Part shown: one piece after another, positions 1 through 8,279 of the stretch
Layout: each line of letters opens with the position of its first letter
Numbering within the stretch: the stretch's first letter is position 1
Assembly: GCA_018667915.1 (NCBI GenBank)
Contig: JABIRI010000353.1
Coordinates: 5,768-69,767 of the forward strand
Reading direction: 5' to 3'
Origin: Opitutaceae bacterium
GTDB lineage: Bacteria; Verrucomicrobiota; Verrucomicrobiia; Opitutales; Opitutaceae
Length of the DNA: 64,000 bases
Position numbers and translations under genes: made by a program
Notes under the pieces: generated by a model
The model's input: only the letters and a program-made list of their open reading frames with translations
Told to the model about the DNA's origin: nothing
Databases searched by the model: none

Positions 1-1
1 G

Positions 2-643
2 AAACCGGAAATTGCCGCGTGGGTGGATGGTCTAGACGACGACGGACTTTGGCTGAAGGGAGCGCTGCAGGTGGAGACCGGGACGTTGATTGCGGGGTTA
101 CGAAAGCGTTGGCGGCAGCAAGGTTGTTTGGTCGAGGGAGTCGTCCCCACGGATGTCGAAGGTGCTGCAATTTGGTGTGTTGGAGCCGAGCGAGTGCCAA
201 TTCGGGGTATTCCTTGGGGACCTTCCCGAGGTGAGTTGATCACGGGTCGATTGGAGGGGCTTGAAGAGGATGTGGTGTTGAACGACGGCCAGTGGTTGCT
301 GCCACAGGAGGACGGCCGCGTGCGGGTGGGCTCCACGTTTGATCGGGATGATTTGGTGTCGAAGTGCACAGATGCGGGCCAGTCACAACTTATAGCAGCG
401 GCCGAACGCCTCGCGGGCCGACCAATCCAGGGGGCGACGGGAGATTCAGGTTTGCGGGTAACGGTGCCGGACGGGCGACCGGTGGTGGGGTGGGTGGATG
501 CGGCGCGGACGCAAGGTGTATTTGCGGGATTCGCAGCCAAGGGAGCGTTGTGGGCTCCGGCGTTGGCGCGACAGTGGGTGGTCGATGGATTGGATGGCGC
601 TAAATTGGATCCGGAAGTGCGCTTGGGGCGGTTTTTCAACTGA
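2..643 (+). CDS. FAD-dependent oxidoreductase (DAO/ThiO-like), C-terminal part; 5' end lies outside the window
   Basis: The frame is open from base 2 (KPEIAAWVDG...). The C-terminal region (GLRVTVPDGRPVVG, VFAGFAAKGALWAPALA) is typical of glycine/D-amino-acid oxidase-type flavoproteins. Confidence 0.55.
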   Translation, partial: KPEIAAWVDGLDDDGLWLKGALQVETGTLIAGLRKRWRQQGCLVEGVVPTDVEGAAIWCVGAERVPIRGIPWGPSRGELITGRLEGLEEDVVLNDGQWLLPQEDGRVRVGSTFDRDDLVSKCTDAGQSQLIAAAERLAGRPIQGATGDSGLRVTVPDGRPVVGWVDAARTQGVFAGFAAKGALWAPALARQWVVDGLDGAKLDPEVRLGRFFN

Positions 644-747
644 TCGATTCGCGGAGTTGGCCGCATAGTCCCGCAACTCGCCGCAACTGAGTAGCGATTG
701 GTCGCATTTTCTTTTCCATTCGTCGTGGCCGGGGCCAAATCCGGGAC

Positions 748-1833
748 GTGAATCGACTGAAAGATGTGCGCTATACGAGATGGCTCGCCCTCGTGGTGGT
801 TTGGGCCGCGTTGGGATTGATTCTGAGTATTGAGGTCTATTTTTCACTACGAGTTTCGATGCCGGAGGTCGAGTTCGGCGATGTGTTGGGACCGCAATAT
901 ATGCGGGTTTCGCTGTGGGCGATACTGACTCCTCTGGTGCTTTGGCTGAGGACGGCAATTCCACTGCGGGCGGGTTATTGGGTGGGCGGGCTCACGTTTC
1001 ATTTTGGGGTAAGCTCGGCGATCATGGGGGTGTATTATCTGGGACGAGTTTGGTTAATATTTTGGCGCGAAGGCGCGATTTTCGCCGACTTCTGGATGGT
1101 CGCCCAACAGAGTTTTTTCGGCAGCAATATGATCGACGTGATCATCTATTGGGCGGTGTTGGGCACGGGTTATACATTCGAAATCTATCGCAAGTATAAG
1201 AATGAGCAGATTCGCGGCGCTCAGCTGGAATCGCGACTGGTGCAGAGTGAATTGAGTGCGCTCAAGCAACAGCTGCATCCCCACTTCCTCTTCAACACCA
1301 TGAACACGATTTCTGTGCTGGTCCGGGAGGGGCGCAACAATCAGGCGGTGCAGTTGCTGGCACGATTGAGTGGACTGCTCCGCACGACGCTAGACAGCGC
1401 CGGAATCGAGGAGGTGACGGTGCGCCAGGAAATGGATTTCATCGAACGTTACGTAGAGATTCAGAAGATGCGTTTTGCCGATCGGTTGACGGTGGTCACG
1501 GATGTGAGTGCCGAGGCGCTCGAATCACGGGTGCCCAATTTACTGCTCCAACCCTTGGTAGAGAACGCGATCCAACACGGTGTGTCACCCAAACGGGGCC
1601 CTGGACGGGTCACGGTCTCGGGCCGGGTGGTGGATCATCAGTTACAACTCGAGGTCTCCGACGACGGGGTCGGCATTGAGGACGGCCAAATTAAACGAGC
1701 TCGTGAGGGCATCGGGCTATCAAACACCCGGGAGCGATTGAGCCGATTATATGGTGCCAGCAGCCAACTTGTCATGAAAAGTGAACCTGGACGCGGAACA
1801 TTGGTCTCCATCGTGTTGCCCTGCCGCGTATAG
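748..1833 (+). CDS. LytS/YehU-family sensor histidine kinase
   Basis: Multi-TM N-terminus. His_kinase H-box LHPHFLFNTMNTI. HATPase_c boxes LLLQPLVENAIQHG, DDGVGI and GIGLSNTRERL. GTG start. Confidence 0.9.
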   Translation: MNRLKDVRYTRWLALVVVWAALGLILSIEVYFSLRVSMPEVEFGDVLGPQYMRVSLWAILTPLVLWLRTAIPLRAGYWVGGLTFHFGVSSAIMGVYYLGRVWLIFWREGAIFADFWMVAQQSFFGSNMIDVIIYWAVLGTGYTFEIYRKYKNEQIRGAQLESRLVQSELSALKQQLHPHFLFNTMNTISVLVREGRNNQAVQLLARLSGLLRTTLDSAGIEEVTVRQEMDFIERYVEIQKMRFADRLTVVTDVSAEALESRVPNLLLQPLVENAIQHGVSPKRGPGRVTVSGRVVDHQLQLEVSDDGVGIEDGQIKRAREGIGLSNTRERLSRLYGASSQLVMKSEPGRGTLVSIVLPCRV

Positions 1834-1854
1834 TTCGTTCCGCTTCAGCTTCAC

Positions 1855-2676
1855 GTGCCGACTCCCGCTTCGAATTCTCCCTTTCCTCCGACCTGCCGTA
1901 TCTTGATCGTCGACGACGAACCCACGGCCCGTCGTGGCGTGCGCATGCTGCTTGAACGCCAATGCGGCGTCGAGGTGGTGGGTGAGGCGGGCGACGGTGA
2001 CACGGCCATCAAAATGATCAAGGACCTGCGCCCCAGCATTGTCTTTTTGGATATTCAGATGCCGGGCTGCAGCGGCTTTGAGGTCATGCGGGCGTTTCCG
2101 CGGGAAGATCGCCCGGTGGTGGTTTTTGCGACCGCCTACGACGCGCATGCGGTGGAGGCCTTTGAATTCAACGCGGTGGACTACCTACTCAAACCGTTCG
2201 ATGACGAACGATTTTTTACGGCATTGGAGACTGCCAAACACGTGTGGGCCTCGCGATCTACCGCCGGGATCAACGCCAAGGTTGATGCTGTTATTGCTCG
2301 TCTTGAAGAGACCGATGCTCCCCCGGTTGAGGCCGCGCGTTTCGACGATCGCATCCCGGTAAAATCCTCTGGGGAAATATATTTCCTGCGCCCAGCTGAG
2401 ATCGACTGGATCGAAGCGGAGGGGGATTACATGAAGTTCCACGTGGGGGGACAGACTCACCTTATGCGGGAAACGATGAGTCGGCTCGAAGCACGACTCG
2501 ATCCGCGGCATTTTGTCCGCATTCACCGGTCGACCATCGTCAATTTGGACCAAGTGCGGAAGCTGAGCCCAGCTTTCGTGGGTGAATATACCGTGGTTCT
2601 ACGCGACGGGACCAAGTTGAAGTTGAGTCGAGGATATCAAGATCGACTCAAGACGATGCTATCGGGCTTGACCTGA
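1855..2676 (+). CDS. LytR/AlgR-family response regulator (REC + LytTR DNA-binding domain)
   Basis: REC motifs ILIVDDEP, FLDIQMPG and DYLLKPF. C-terminal LytTR motif FVRIHRSTIVNL. Lies 21 nt after the kinase gene. GTG start, exact start uncertain. Confidence 0.9.
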   Translation: MPTPASNSPFPPTCRILIVDDEPTARRGVRMLLERQCGVEVVGEAGDGDTAIKMIKDLRPSIVFLDIQMPGCSGFEVMRAFPREDRPVVVFATAYDAHAVEAFEFNAVDYLLKPFDDERFFTALETAKHVWASRSTAGINAKVDAVIARLEETDAPPVEAARFDDRIPVKSSGEIYFLRPAEIDWIEAEGDYMKFHVGGQTHLMRETMSRLEARLDPRHFVRIHRSTIVNLDQVRKLSPAFVGEYTVVLRDGTKLKLSRGYQDRLKTMLSGLT

Positions 2677-2862
2677 GGCGCCCTCCGAGGATTCACGGCG
2701 GTGGTATTTCATCGCAGAATAGTCTGAATTCGTCGCAAGAGGCCCCCTCGTGTCGCTGCATTTCAGCGGTTTACCGCAATTTTGGGGGAATCCGTCGCAG
2801 ATTACTTACCTAAATTAGCCGACAAGGTATGCATTAACCCGTTCAAAGTTGTAAGTTGTGTT

Positions 2863-2900
2863 GTGGGAGAGTCCTCCGGGGCTCTCCCACGATCTTTTTT
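2863..2900 (+). terminator. Rho-independent terminator-like hairpin, about 190 nt downstream of the LytTR gene
   Basis: Stem GTGGGAGAG (2863-2871) pairs with CTCTCCCAC (2882-2890) and is followed by GATCTTTTTT. Confidence 0.6.
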
Positions 2901-3101
2901 AGGAGAAGAGCAGGCGATGGGAGATGGGCTGGCTGGCTCATTGCTCCACTCATCCGACTGCGGTGCCCATTCATCCTAAGTTACTGCAACTTCTGCTGGG
3001 TTAGGGGGTAGTTAAGAGTATCCGGCATTATTTTGGTGTGAACTGGTTCGCGCCACCCGGTCGTCTTTAACTCTAATCCTTCCCTTTTCTCCGCTTTCAC
3101 C

Positions 3102-4499
3102 ATGGCCAACGAATCAGAGTCTCTCCGCCCCGCCGCCAGCGCGCCGGTTCGCAAAAAGAAATCCAAGAAGAAGTCATTCCCATGGATGTGGGTCGTAGGC
3201 GTCCTGTTGATCGGGCTCCTTACCGCTGTCGCGGTGGTCAAAGGCCGTTCCGGTGACAAGGGAACGAAAGTCTTTGTCGAAGAGGTGGAACGTAAAACCG
3301 TCACCCAATTTGTTACGGCTACTGGCCGCATCGAACCTGAAGTCGAGGTGAAGATCGCTCCGGAAGTCTCCGGTGAAATCGTGGAGCTGCCCTTTGCTGA
3401 GGGTGCCCAAGTGAAGAAGGGCGAGCTCCTCATGCGTATCAAGGACGACAACTACCGCTATCAAGTCGACCAACGCGAAGCCGATCTCGCCGCCACACGC
3501 GCAGCTGCCGTGCAAAGCAGAGCGCAGTTGTTGAAGCTCAAAAGCGATTTCAAGCGCAGCGACGATATCTATAAAAAGGACCTCATCTCCGAGGCCGATT
3601 TCATCGCCGCTCAAACGAGTGTCGAAGTTGGTGAAGCAAATCTCGAAAGTGCTAACGCTCAAGTCCGACGCGCCGAGGGATTCCTCAAGCAGGCGCTGGA
3701 TCAACTCAGCAAAACTACGATTTACGCGCCCATGGACGGCACAATTAGCCGTCTCCCCGTTGAGGTGGGTGAACGCGTCACAGGCACCGGTCAATTTAAC
3801 GCGGCGGAGGTCATGCGGGTGGCCGACCTTTCCAACATGGAAGTGGTCGTGAAGGTGAATGAAAACGACGTCGTAAATGTGAAGGTAGGCGACAACGCCC
3901 GCATCGATGTCGACGCGTTCCCCGAACATGAATTCAAGGGCCGCGTCACCGAGATTGCATCCACCGCAGTCACGACGGGCGCGAATTCGCAGGCCGAGGT
4001 GACCAATTTCGAAGTCAAAATTCGAGTGGATATCGATGGCCAAAATCTCCGTCCCGGCATGAGCGCACTCACCGACATCGAGACGGCCACCGTTTCGGAT
4101 GTTTTGGTCGTGCCGATCCAGTCCGTGACCGTGCGCAGCCGTGAGGATGATAAAACGTTCGAGCAGATGACCAAGGATCAAGAGAAGGCCAAAAAGGAGC
4201 GGGAAGGCGATGGTGCTGCTACCGCTGAAAACGAGTCCGCCCAGCGTGAGCAAGAACGTAAAAATAAGGAATCTCTCCGGCGCGTCGTATTCGTAGTCGA
4301 AGACGGCAAGGCCAAGCTAGTCGATGTCGAAACCGGTATCGCCGACACATCCTACATGGAAATTAAGTCGGGTCTCGAAGCCGGCCAAAAGGTGGTAAGT
4401 GGTAGCTATGCGACCATTACCCGGGTGCTGAAGGACGATATGGTGGTGAAGATCGAGAAACGCCGCAAGGCGGGCGACAAAACCGAAGACGAAGATTAA
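3102..4499 (+). CDS. Efflux transporter periplasmic adaptor (HlyD/MacA family)
   Basis: N-terminal TM anchor, lipoyl/barrel-sandwich motifs ([31 protein letters not shown]), long coiled-coil and a charged C-terminal tail. Directly precedes the ABC genes. Confidence 0.85.
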   Translation: MANESESLRPAASAPVRKKKSKKKSFPWMWVVGVLLIGLLTAVAVVKGRSGDKGTKVFVEEVERKTVTQFVTATGRIEPEVEVKIAPEVSGEIVELPFAEGAQVKKGELLMRIKDDNYRYQVDQREADLAATRAAAVQSRAQLLKLKSDFKRSDDIYKKDLISEADFIAAQTSVEVGEANLESANAQVRRAEGFLKQALDQLSKTTIYAPMDGTISRLPVEVGERVTGTGQFNAAEVMRVADLSNMEVVVKVNENDVVNVKVGDNARIDVDAFPEHEFKGRVTEIASTAVTTGANSQAEVTNFEVKIRVDIDGQNLRPGMSALTDIETATVSDVLVVPIQSVTVRSREDDKTFEQMTKDQEKAKKEREGDGAATAENESAQREQERKNKESLRRVVFVVEDGKAKLVDVETGIADTSYMEIKSGLEAGQKVVSGSYATITRVLKDDMVVKIEKRRKAGDKTEDED

Positions 4500-4525
4500 G
4501 CCGTTCAATTCCTAGTAACGTAACG

Positions 4526-5263
4526 ATGTCCAATTCGACTGCAGCTCCCGCGTCATCGTGTCGCCTCCACCCCCCGGGTGATTTGGTGATCGATATTGAT
4601 GGAGTGACTAAACTTTACCGCATGGGCACGGAGATCGTGCACGCGCTCCGCGGCGTTAAAATGCAAATTCACCGGGGCGAGTATCTCGCGGTTATGGGAC
4701 CATCGGGTTCCGGTAAATCGACCCTGATGAATATGCTCGGTTGCCTCGATACGCCTACGGCGGGCCGCTACGAATTTGCCGGCGAAGATGTTGCCGATAT
4801 GACCGATGACGAGTTGGCGGATATCCGGAATCGTGAGATTGGTTTTGTCTTCCAGAGTTTCAATTTGTTGCCGCGATCCGACGCGTTACACAATGTCGAG
4901 CTGCCTTTGATTTACGCGGGCCTGTCCAAAACTCAGCGTCTTGAACGCGCGGAAGAAGCGTTGGAAAATGTGGGCTTAGGTGACCGGATGCACCACCAAC
5001 CCAACGAGCTTTCGGGCGGGCAACGTCAGCGCGTCGCCATTGCCCGTGCATTGGTGAATCGACCTTCGATCATTTTGGCCGATGAACCCACGGGCGCGCT
5101 CGATACCAAAACGGGCATAGAGATCATGCAGCTCTTCGAAGATCTCTATGATCGCGGCAATACCATCATCATGGTGACGCACGAAGAAGATGTAGCCCAG
5201 CATGCTCGGCGGATCGTGCGCCTGCGCGATGGTTTGATTGAATCCGATACCCAAAATGCCTGA
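4526..5263 (+). CDS. ABC transporter ATP-binding protein (MacB/LolD-type, stand-alone ATPase)
   Basis: Walker [10 protein letters not shown], signature [15 protein letters not shown], Walker [13 protein letters not shown]-loop VTHE. Confidence 0.95.
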   Translation: MSNSTAAPASSCRLHPPGDLVIDIDGVTKLYRMGTEIVHALRGVKMQIHRGEYLAVMGPSGSGKSTLMNMLGCLDTPTAGRYEFAGEDVADMTDDELADIRNREIGFVFQSFNLLPRSDALHNVELPLIYAGLSKTQRLERAEEALENVGLGDRMHHQPNELSGGQRQRVAIARALVNRPSIILADEPTGALDTKTGIEIMQLFEDLYDRGNTIIMVTHEEDVAQHARRIVRLRDGLIESDTQNA

Positions 5264-5268
5264 CCACA

Positions 5269-6516
5269 ATGCGCCGGGTATTTCTAGAATTTTTTGAGTC
5301 GGTTCGAATCGCGGTAACGCAGATTCGAGCCAACAAAATGCGCTCCGGACTCACGGCACTTGGCGTGGTCATTGGTATTGTCGCCGTGACACTCATGGTG
5401 ACAGCCATCAAAGGCATTGATAAGGGTATCGACGAAAGTTTTTCCGGTTTCGGGGATGATGTATTTTACGTGGGAAAATGGCCCTGGGCGGGCACGCAAG
5501 AGTGGTGGATCTATCGGAATCGCCGCGATATCCGCACCACCTATTCGGAACCTATCAACGATTGGATTCGGGACAATCCGGACAGCGCGCTTGTTCGTGC
5601 GGTCCCGGCCGATAATACGCGAACCGATGTCGTGCGGGGAGACCTAAAGGTAAGTGGCATGTTCCTCAGCGGCACTTCTCACGAAATGGCATTGGTGTCC
5701 AAATCGGACATGGCTGAAGGGCGATTCTTTAACGAGTTTGAAGATCAACACGGATCCAAGGTTGCGGTGATCGGCTACGATGTGGCGGATGCATTATTCC
5801 CCAACGAAACCCCAATGGGTAAAACCGTGTTGGTGCGCGGGGCTCCGTTCCGCGTCATTGGGGTGGCCGAACGACAAGGCAGTTTTCTGGGGGCGTTCAG
5901 TTGGGATTCCAGTCTGATCATTCCCATCCGCGCCTATCGTCACAACATTCACGGTCGCGATGAAGGGGAAGTGCGCGTGCAATACGACCCGTTACGCGGG
6001 GAACAGGCGCGGGATGAATTACGAGGGCTCATGCGACGCATCCGGCAACTCAATCCAGAGGATCGGGACGATTTCGAAATCAACGAATCGACGGTGATTC
6101 GAGAGCAATTGGATCCGATTAAAAATGGAATCGCTACTGCTGGACTGGTGATCACCGGGCTTGCCCTTTTTGTGGGCGCGATCGGCATCATGAATATCAC
6201 CTACGTGAGTGTTAAAGAGCGCACCCGGGAGATCGGTACGCGTAAAGCCATGGGCGCGCGGCGTCGCACGATTCTGATGCAGTTCCTGATCGAAGCCGTG
6301 TGCATATGTCTCGTCGGAGGACTGATCGGTTTGGGCCTTACCTGGGGCCTCGCTGCGCTTATCGTGGTGGCCGCTCCATCATTCCCGATCGTCTTTTCTC
6401 CATCGGTTGTGCTCGTAGCGATGAGCCTCTCAACTCTAGTCGGTGTGACCAGCGGTTTCCTGCCCGCACTCTCCGCCAGCTCCCTAGATCCCGTGGAGGC
6501 CCTGCGCTATGAATGA
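5269..6516 (+). CDS. ABC transporter permease, MacB_PCD + FtsX domains (permease 1)
   Basis: N-terminal TM, large periplasmic domain, C-terminal FtsX TM bundle. Conserved VSVKERTREIGTRKAMGA and ending DPVEALRYE. Confidence 0.9.
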   Translation: MRRVFLEFFESVRIAVTQIRANKMRSGLTALGVVIGIVAVTLMVTAIKGIDKGIDESFSGFGDDVFYVGKWPWAGTQEWWIYRNRRDIRTTYSEPINDWIRDNPDSALVRAVPADNTRTDVVRGDLKVSGMFLSGTSHEMALVSKSDMAEGRFFNEFEDQHGSKVAVIGYDVADALFPNETPMGKTVLVRGAPFRVIGVAERQGSFLGAFSWDSSLIIPIRAYRHNIHGRDEGEVRVQYDPLRGEQARDELRGLMRRIRQLNPEDRDDFEINESTVIREQLDPIKNGIATAGLVITGLALFVGAIGIMNITYVSVKERTREIGTRKAMGARRRTILMQFLIEAVCICLVGGLIGLGLTWGLAALIVVAAPSFPIVFSPSVVLVAMSLSTLVGVTSGFLPALSASSLDPVEALRYE

Positions 6517-6519
6517 CTC

Positions 6520-6554
6520 GATTGCGGATTTTGGATTTGGGATTGCGGAGTTAT
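6520..6554 (+). repeat. Heptamer tandem array A: GATTGCG GATTTTG GATTTGG GATTGCG GAGTTAT
   Basis: Read directly from the sequence with 7-nt periodicity. Starts 4 nt after the permease-1 stop codon. Confidence 0.8.
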
Positions 6555-6558
6555 TACC

Positions 6559-6951
6559 ATGACTGCCGAAGAAATGAAACTACGGACCGAGCAGTTTGCT
6601 TTGCGAATTATGAAGTTGGTCGATGCGTTACCGAAAAAGACCTCGGCGGAGGTGATCGGGCGACAACTGTTGCGATCCGCAACCTCGGTTGCGGCGAATT
6701 ATCGGGCGGCTTGTCGGGGGCGTTCGAAAGCAGAATTCGCGGCGAAGCTGGGTATCGTGGAAGAGGAAGCGGATGAGTCCTGCTTTTGGCTGGAGATGTT
6801 GGGTGATTCGGAACTCTTACCGGCGCCGAAGCTTCAGCCTCTCCGGAAGGAAGCGGATGAACTGACGGCGATTGTGGTCGCTTCAATTAAAACTGCTCGG
6901 ATCAACGCGAAAAATCCGAAATCCCAAATCTGCACTCCGAAATCAAAATGA
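6559..6951 (+). CDS. Four-helix-bundle protein (TIGR02436 / 23S rRNA intervening-sequence protein family)
   Basis: About 130 aa. Motifs FALRIMKLVDALPK, IGRQLLRSATSVAANYRAACRGRSKAEFAAKLGIVEEEADESCFWLEML. The stop overlaps the next ATG (ATGA). Confidence 0.85.
   Translation: MTAEEMKLRTEQFALRIMKLVDALPKKTSAEVIGRQLLRSATSVAANYRAACRGRSKAEFAAKLGIVEEEADESCFWLEMLGDSELLPAPKLQPLRKEADELTAIVVASIKTARINAKNPKSQICTPKSK
6910..6944 (-). repeat. Heptamer tandem array B (inverted relative to A): GATTTCG GAGTGCA GATTTGG GATTTCG GATTTTT on the minus strand
   Basis: Read directly from the sequence. TCCGAAATCCCAAATC (6915-6930) is the 15/16 reverse complement of GATTTGGGATTGCGGA (6534-6549). It encodes the C-terminal tail of the four-helix-bundle ORF. 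Confidence 0.8.
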
Positions 6952-8174
6952 ATATCTGGGAAACTGTGCGGTTGGCCTTTTCTTCGCTGAGGTCTAATAA
7001 GCTGCGTTCATCGCTGACGATGTTGGGTATCACGATTGGTATCTTTACCGTCATTGGTGTGATGACGGCGGTGAGTGGGGTGAAGTCCAAGATTCAGGAC
7101 GGTTTAAATTTTCTGGGCGCGAACAGCTTTCAGGTCTCGAAGTTTCCGATCGTCAATTTCAGCGATCCCCGAGAGCGATTTGGCAATCGCCCCAACATCA
7201 TGTTGAGAGAGGGCGTGCGCTTTAAAGAACTGATTTCGGGTTATGCGCGCGTGAGTATGATCACGAGCCGCGGAGGTCGGCGGGTATTCTTTGAACAGGA
7301 AAATACCAACCCCAACGTCAACCTGATCGGGACCGATGAAAACTACCTCACGAGTTATGCCTTCGAAGTAGCGGAGGGTCGTCCGATCTCGGCGGATGAC
7401 GTGGATTTCGCCCGCTCGGTTTGTTTGATTGGGGAAGATCTGCGTAAGCGGTTGTTCCGTAATCGTGACTCGATTGGGGAGATTATCCGCATCGATGGAA
7501 ATTCGTTTACCGTGGTCGGTTTACTGGAAGCCAAGGGATCTTCCTTTGGTCAGAGTCAGGACAATATTGTTATCACGCCAATTACTCGATTTTTCAATGC
7601 TTATGGCCGCACCGGCCGTTCGATCAGTTGTAACGTGCAAGGTGAGTCGCCCGAAGAGTTGGATGAGTTGCAGGAGATGGCCATCGGTTCGATGCGCATC
7701 GTGCGCGGCCTGTTGCCGGAAGATCGCAACAATTTTGAAATCACCACGAATGACTCGCTCGTGAAGACGTTTGATCAGGCTCTCGACACGGTCGCGATTG
7801 GCGCGTTTGTGATCAGTGCGATTGCGTTGCTCGCCGCCGGGGTGGGCGTGATGAATATTATGTTGGTCAGCGTAACGGAGCGCACGCGTGAGATCGGAAT
7901 TCGTAAAAGTCTGGGTGCCCGCAAGCGTGCCATTCTTTATCAATTTCTCCTCGAGGCCGTCGCTCTGTCACTCTTCGGCGGCATCGCCGGCGTGCTGTTA
8001 GGGATCGGGGGAGGAAACTTGGCGGGTCAATTACTAAGCGCCGCGGTGGTGTTTCCGGTGGGATGGGCAACTGCCGGCCTAGTCGTATGTTGTGGTATCG
8101 GCATCACCTTCGGGCTATATCCCGCGTGGAAAGCCGCGTCCCTCGACCCCATCGAAGCCCTGCGCTACGAATGA
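6948..8174 (+). CDS. ABC transporter permease, MacB_PCD + FtsX domains (permease 2, paralogue of 5269-6516)
   Basis: Same architecture as permease 1. VSVTERTREIGIRKSLGA and ending DPIEALRYE. Confidence 0.9.
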   Translation: MNIWETVRLAFSSLRSNKLRSSLTMLGITIGIFTVIGVMTAVSGVKSKIQDGLNFLGANSFQVSKFPIVNFSDPRERFGNRPNIMLREGVRFKELISGYARVSMITSRGGRRVFFEQENTNPNVNLIGTDENYLTSYAFEVAEGRPISADDVDFARSVCLIGEDLRKRLFRNRDSIGEIIRIDGNSFTVVGLLEAKGSSFGQSQDNIVITPITRFFNAYGRTGRSISCNVQGESPEELDELQEMAIGSMRIVRGLLPEDRNNFEITTNDSLVKTFDQALDTVAIGAFVISAIALLAAGVGVMNIMLVSVTERTREIGIRKSLGARKRAILYQFLLEAVALSLFGGIAGVLLGIGGGNLAGQLLSAAVVFPVGWATAGLVVCCGIGITFGLYPAWKAASLDPIEALRYE

Positions 8175-8184
8175 TCGAAATGTG

Positions 8185-8212
8185 GATTGGGGAATTGGGA
8201 TTGCGGATTTAG
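8185..8212 (+). repeat. Heptamer tandem array C: GATTGGG GAATTGG GATTGCG GATTTAG
   Basis: Read directly from the sequence. Starts 11 nt after the permease-2 stop codon. Confidence 0.75.
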
Positions 8213-8242
8213 GCAGAGCAAAACCTCCATTTGGGGAGTAAA

Positions 8243-8270
8243 CTCACTCCGCAATCCGCAAACCGAAATC
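8243..8270 (-). repeat. Heptamer tandem array D (inverted relative to C): GATTTCG GTTTGCG GATTGCG GAGTGAG on the minus strand
   Basis: Read directly from the sequence. A 9-bp perfect complement to array C (GATTGCGGA 8199-8207 with TCCGCAATC 8248-8256) gives a hairpin between convergent genes. Confidence 0.75.
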
Positions 8271-8279
8271 TGCAATGGG

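Noticed and set aside
2782-2979. 65-aa ORF in the LytTR/macA gap
   Set aside because: It spans an intrinsic terminator, uses a non-ATG start, and has no motif or plausible composition.
3174-4253. 359-aa minus-strand ORF antisense to the MacA-like adaptor gene
   Set aside because: It lies fully inside a confidently assigned gene on the other strand. It is low-complexity with no recognisable motif. This is a typical shadow ORF in GC-rich DNA.
6513-6886. ORFs 6513-6776 (+) and 6608-6886 (-) overlapping the four-helix-bundle gene
   Set aside because: These are alternative frames of a gene with a clear family signature. The 6513 ORF is largely translated heptamer repeat.
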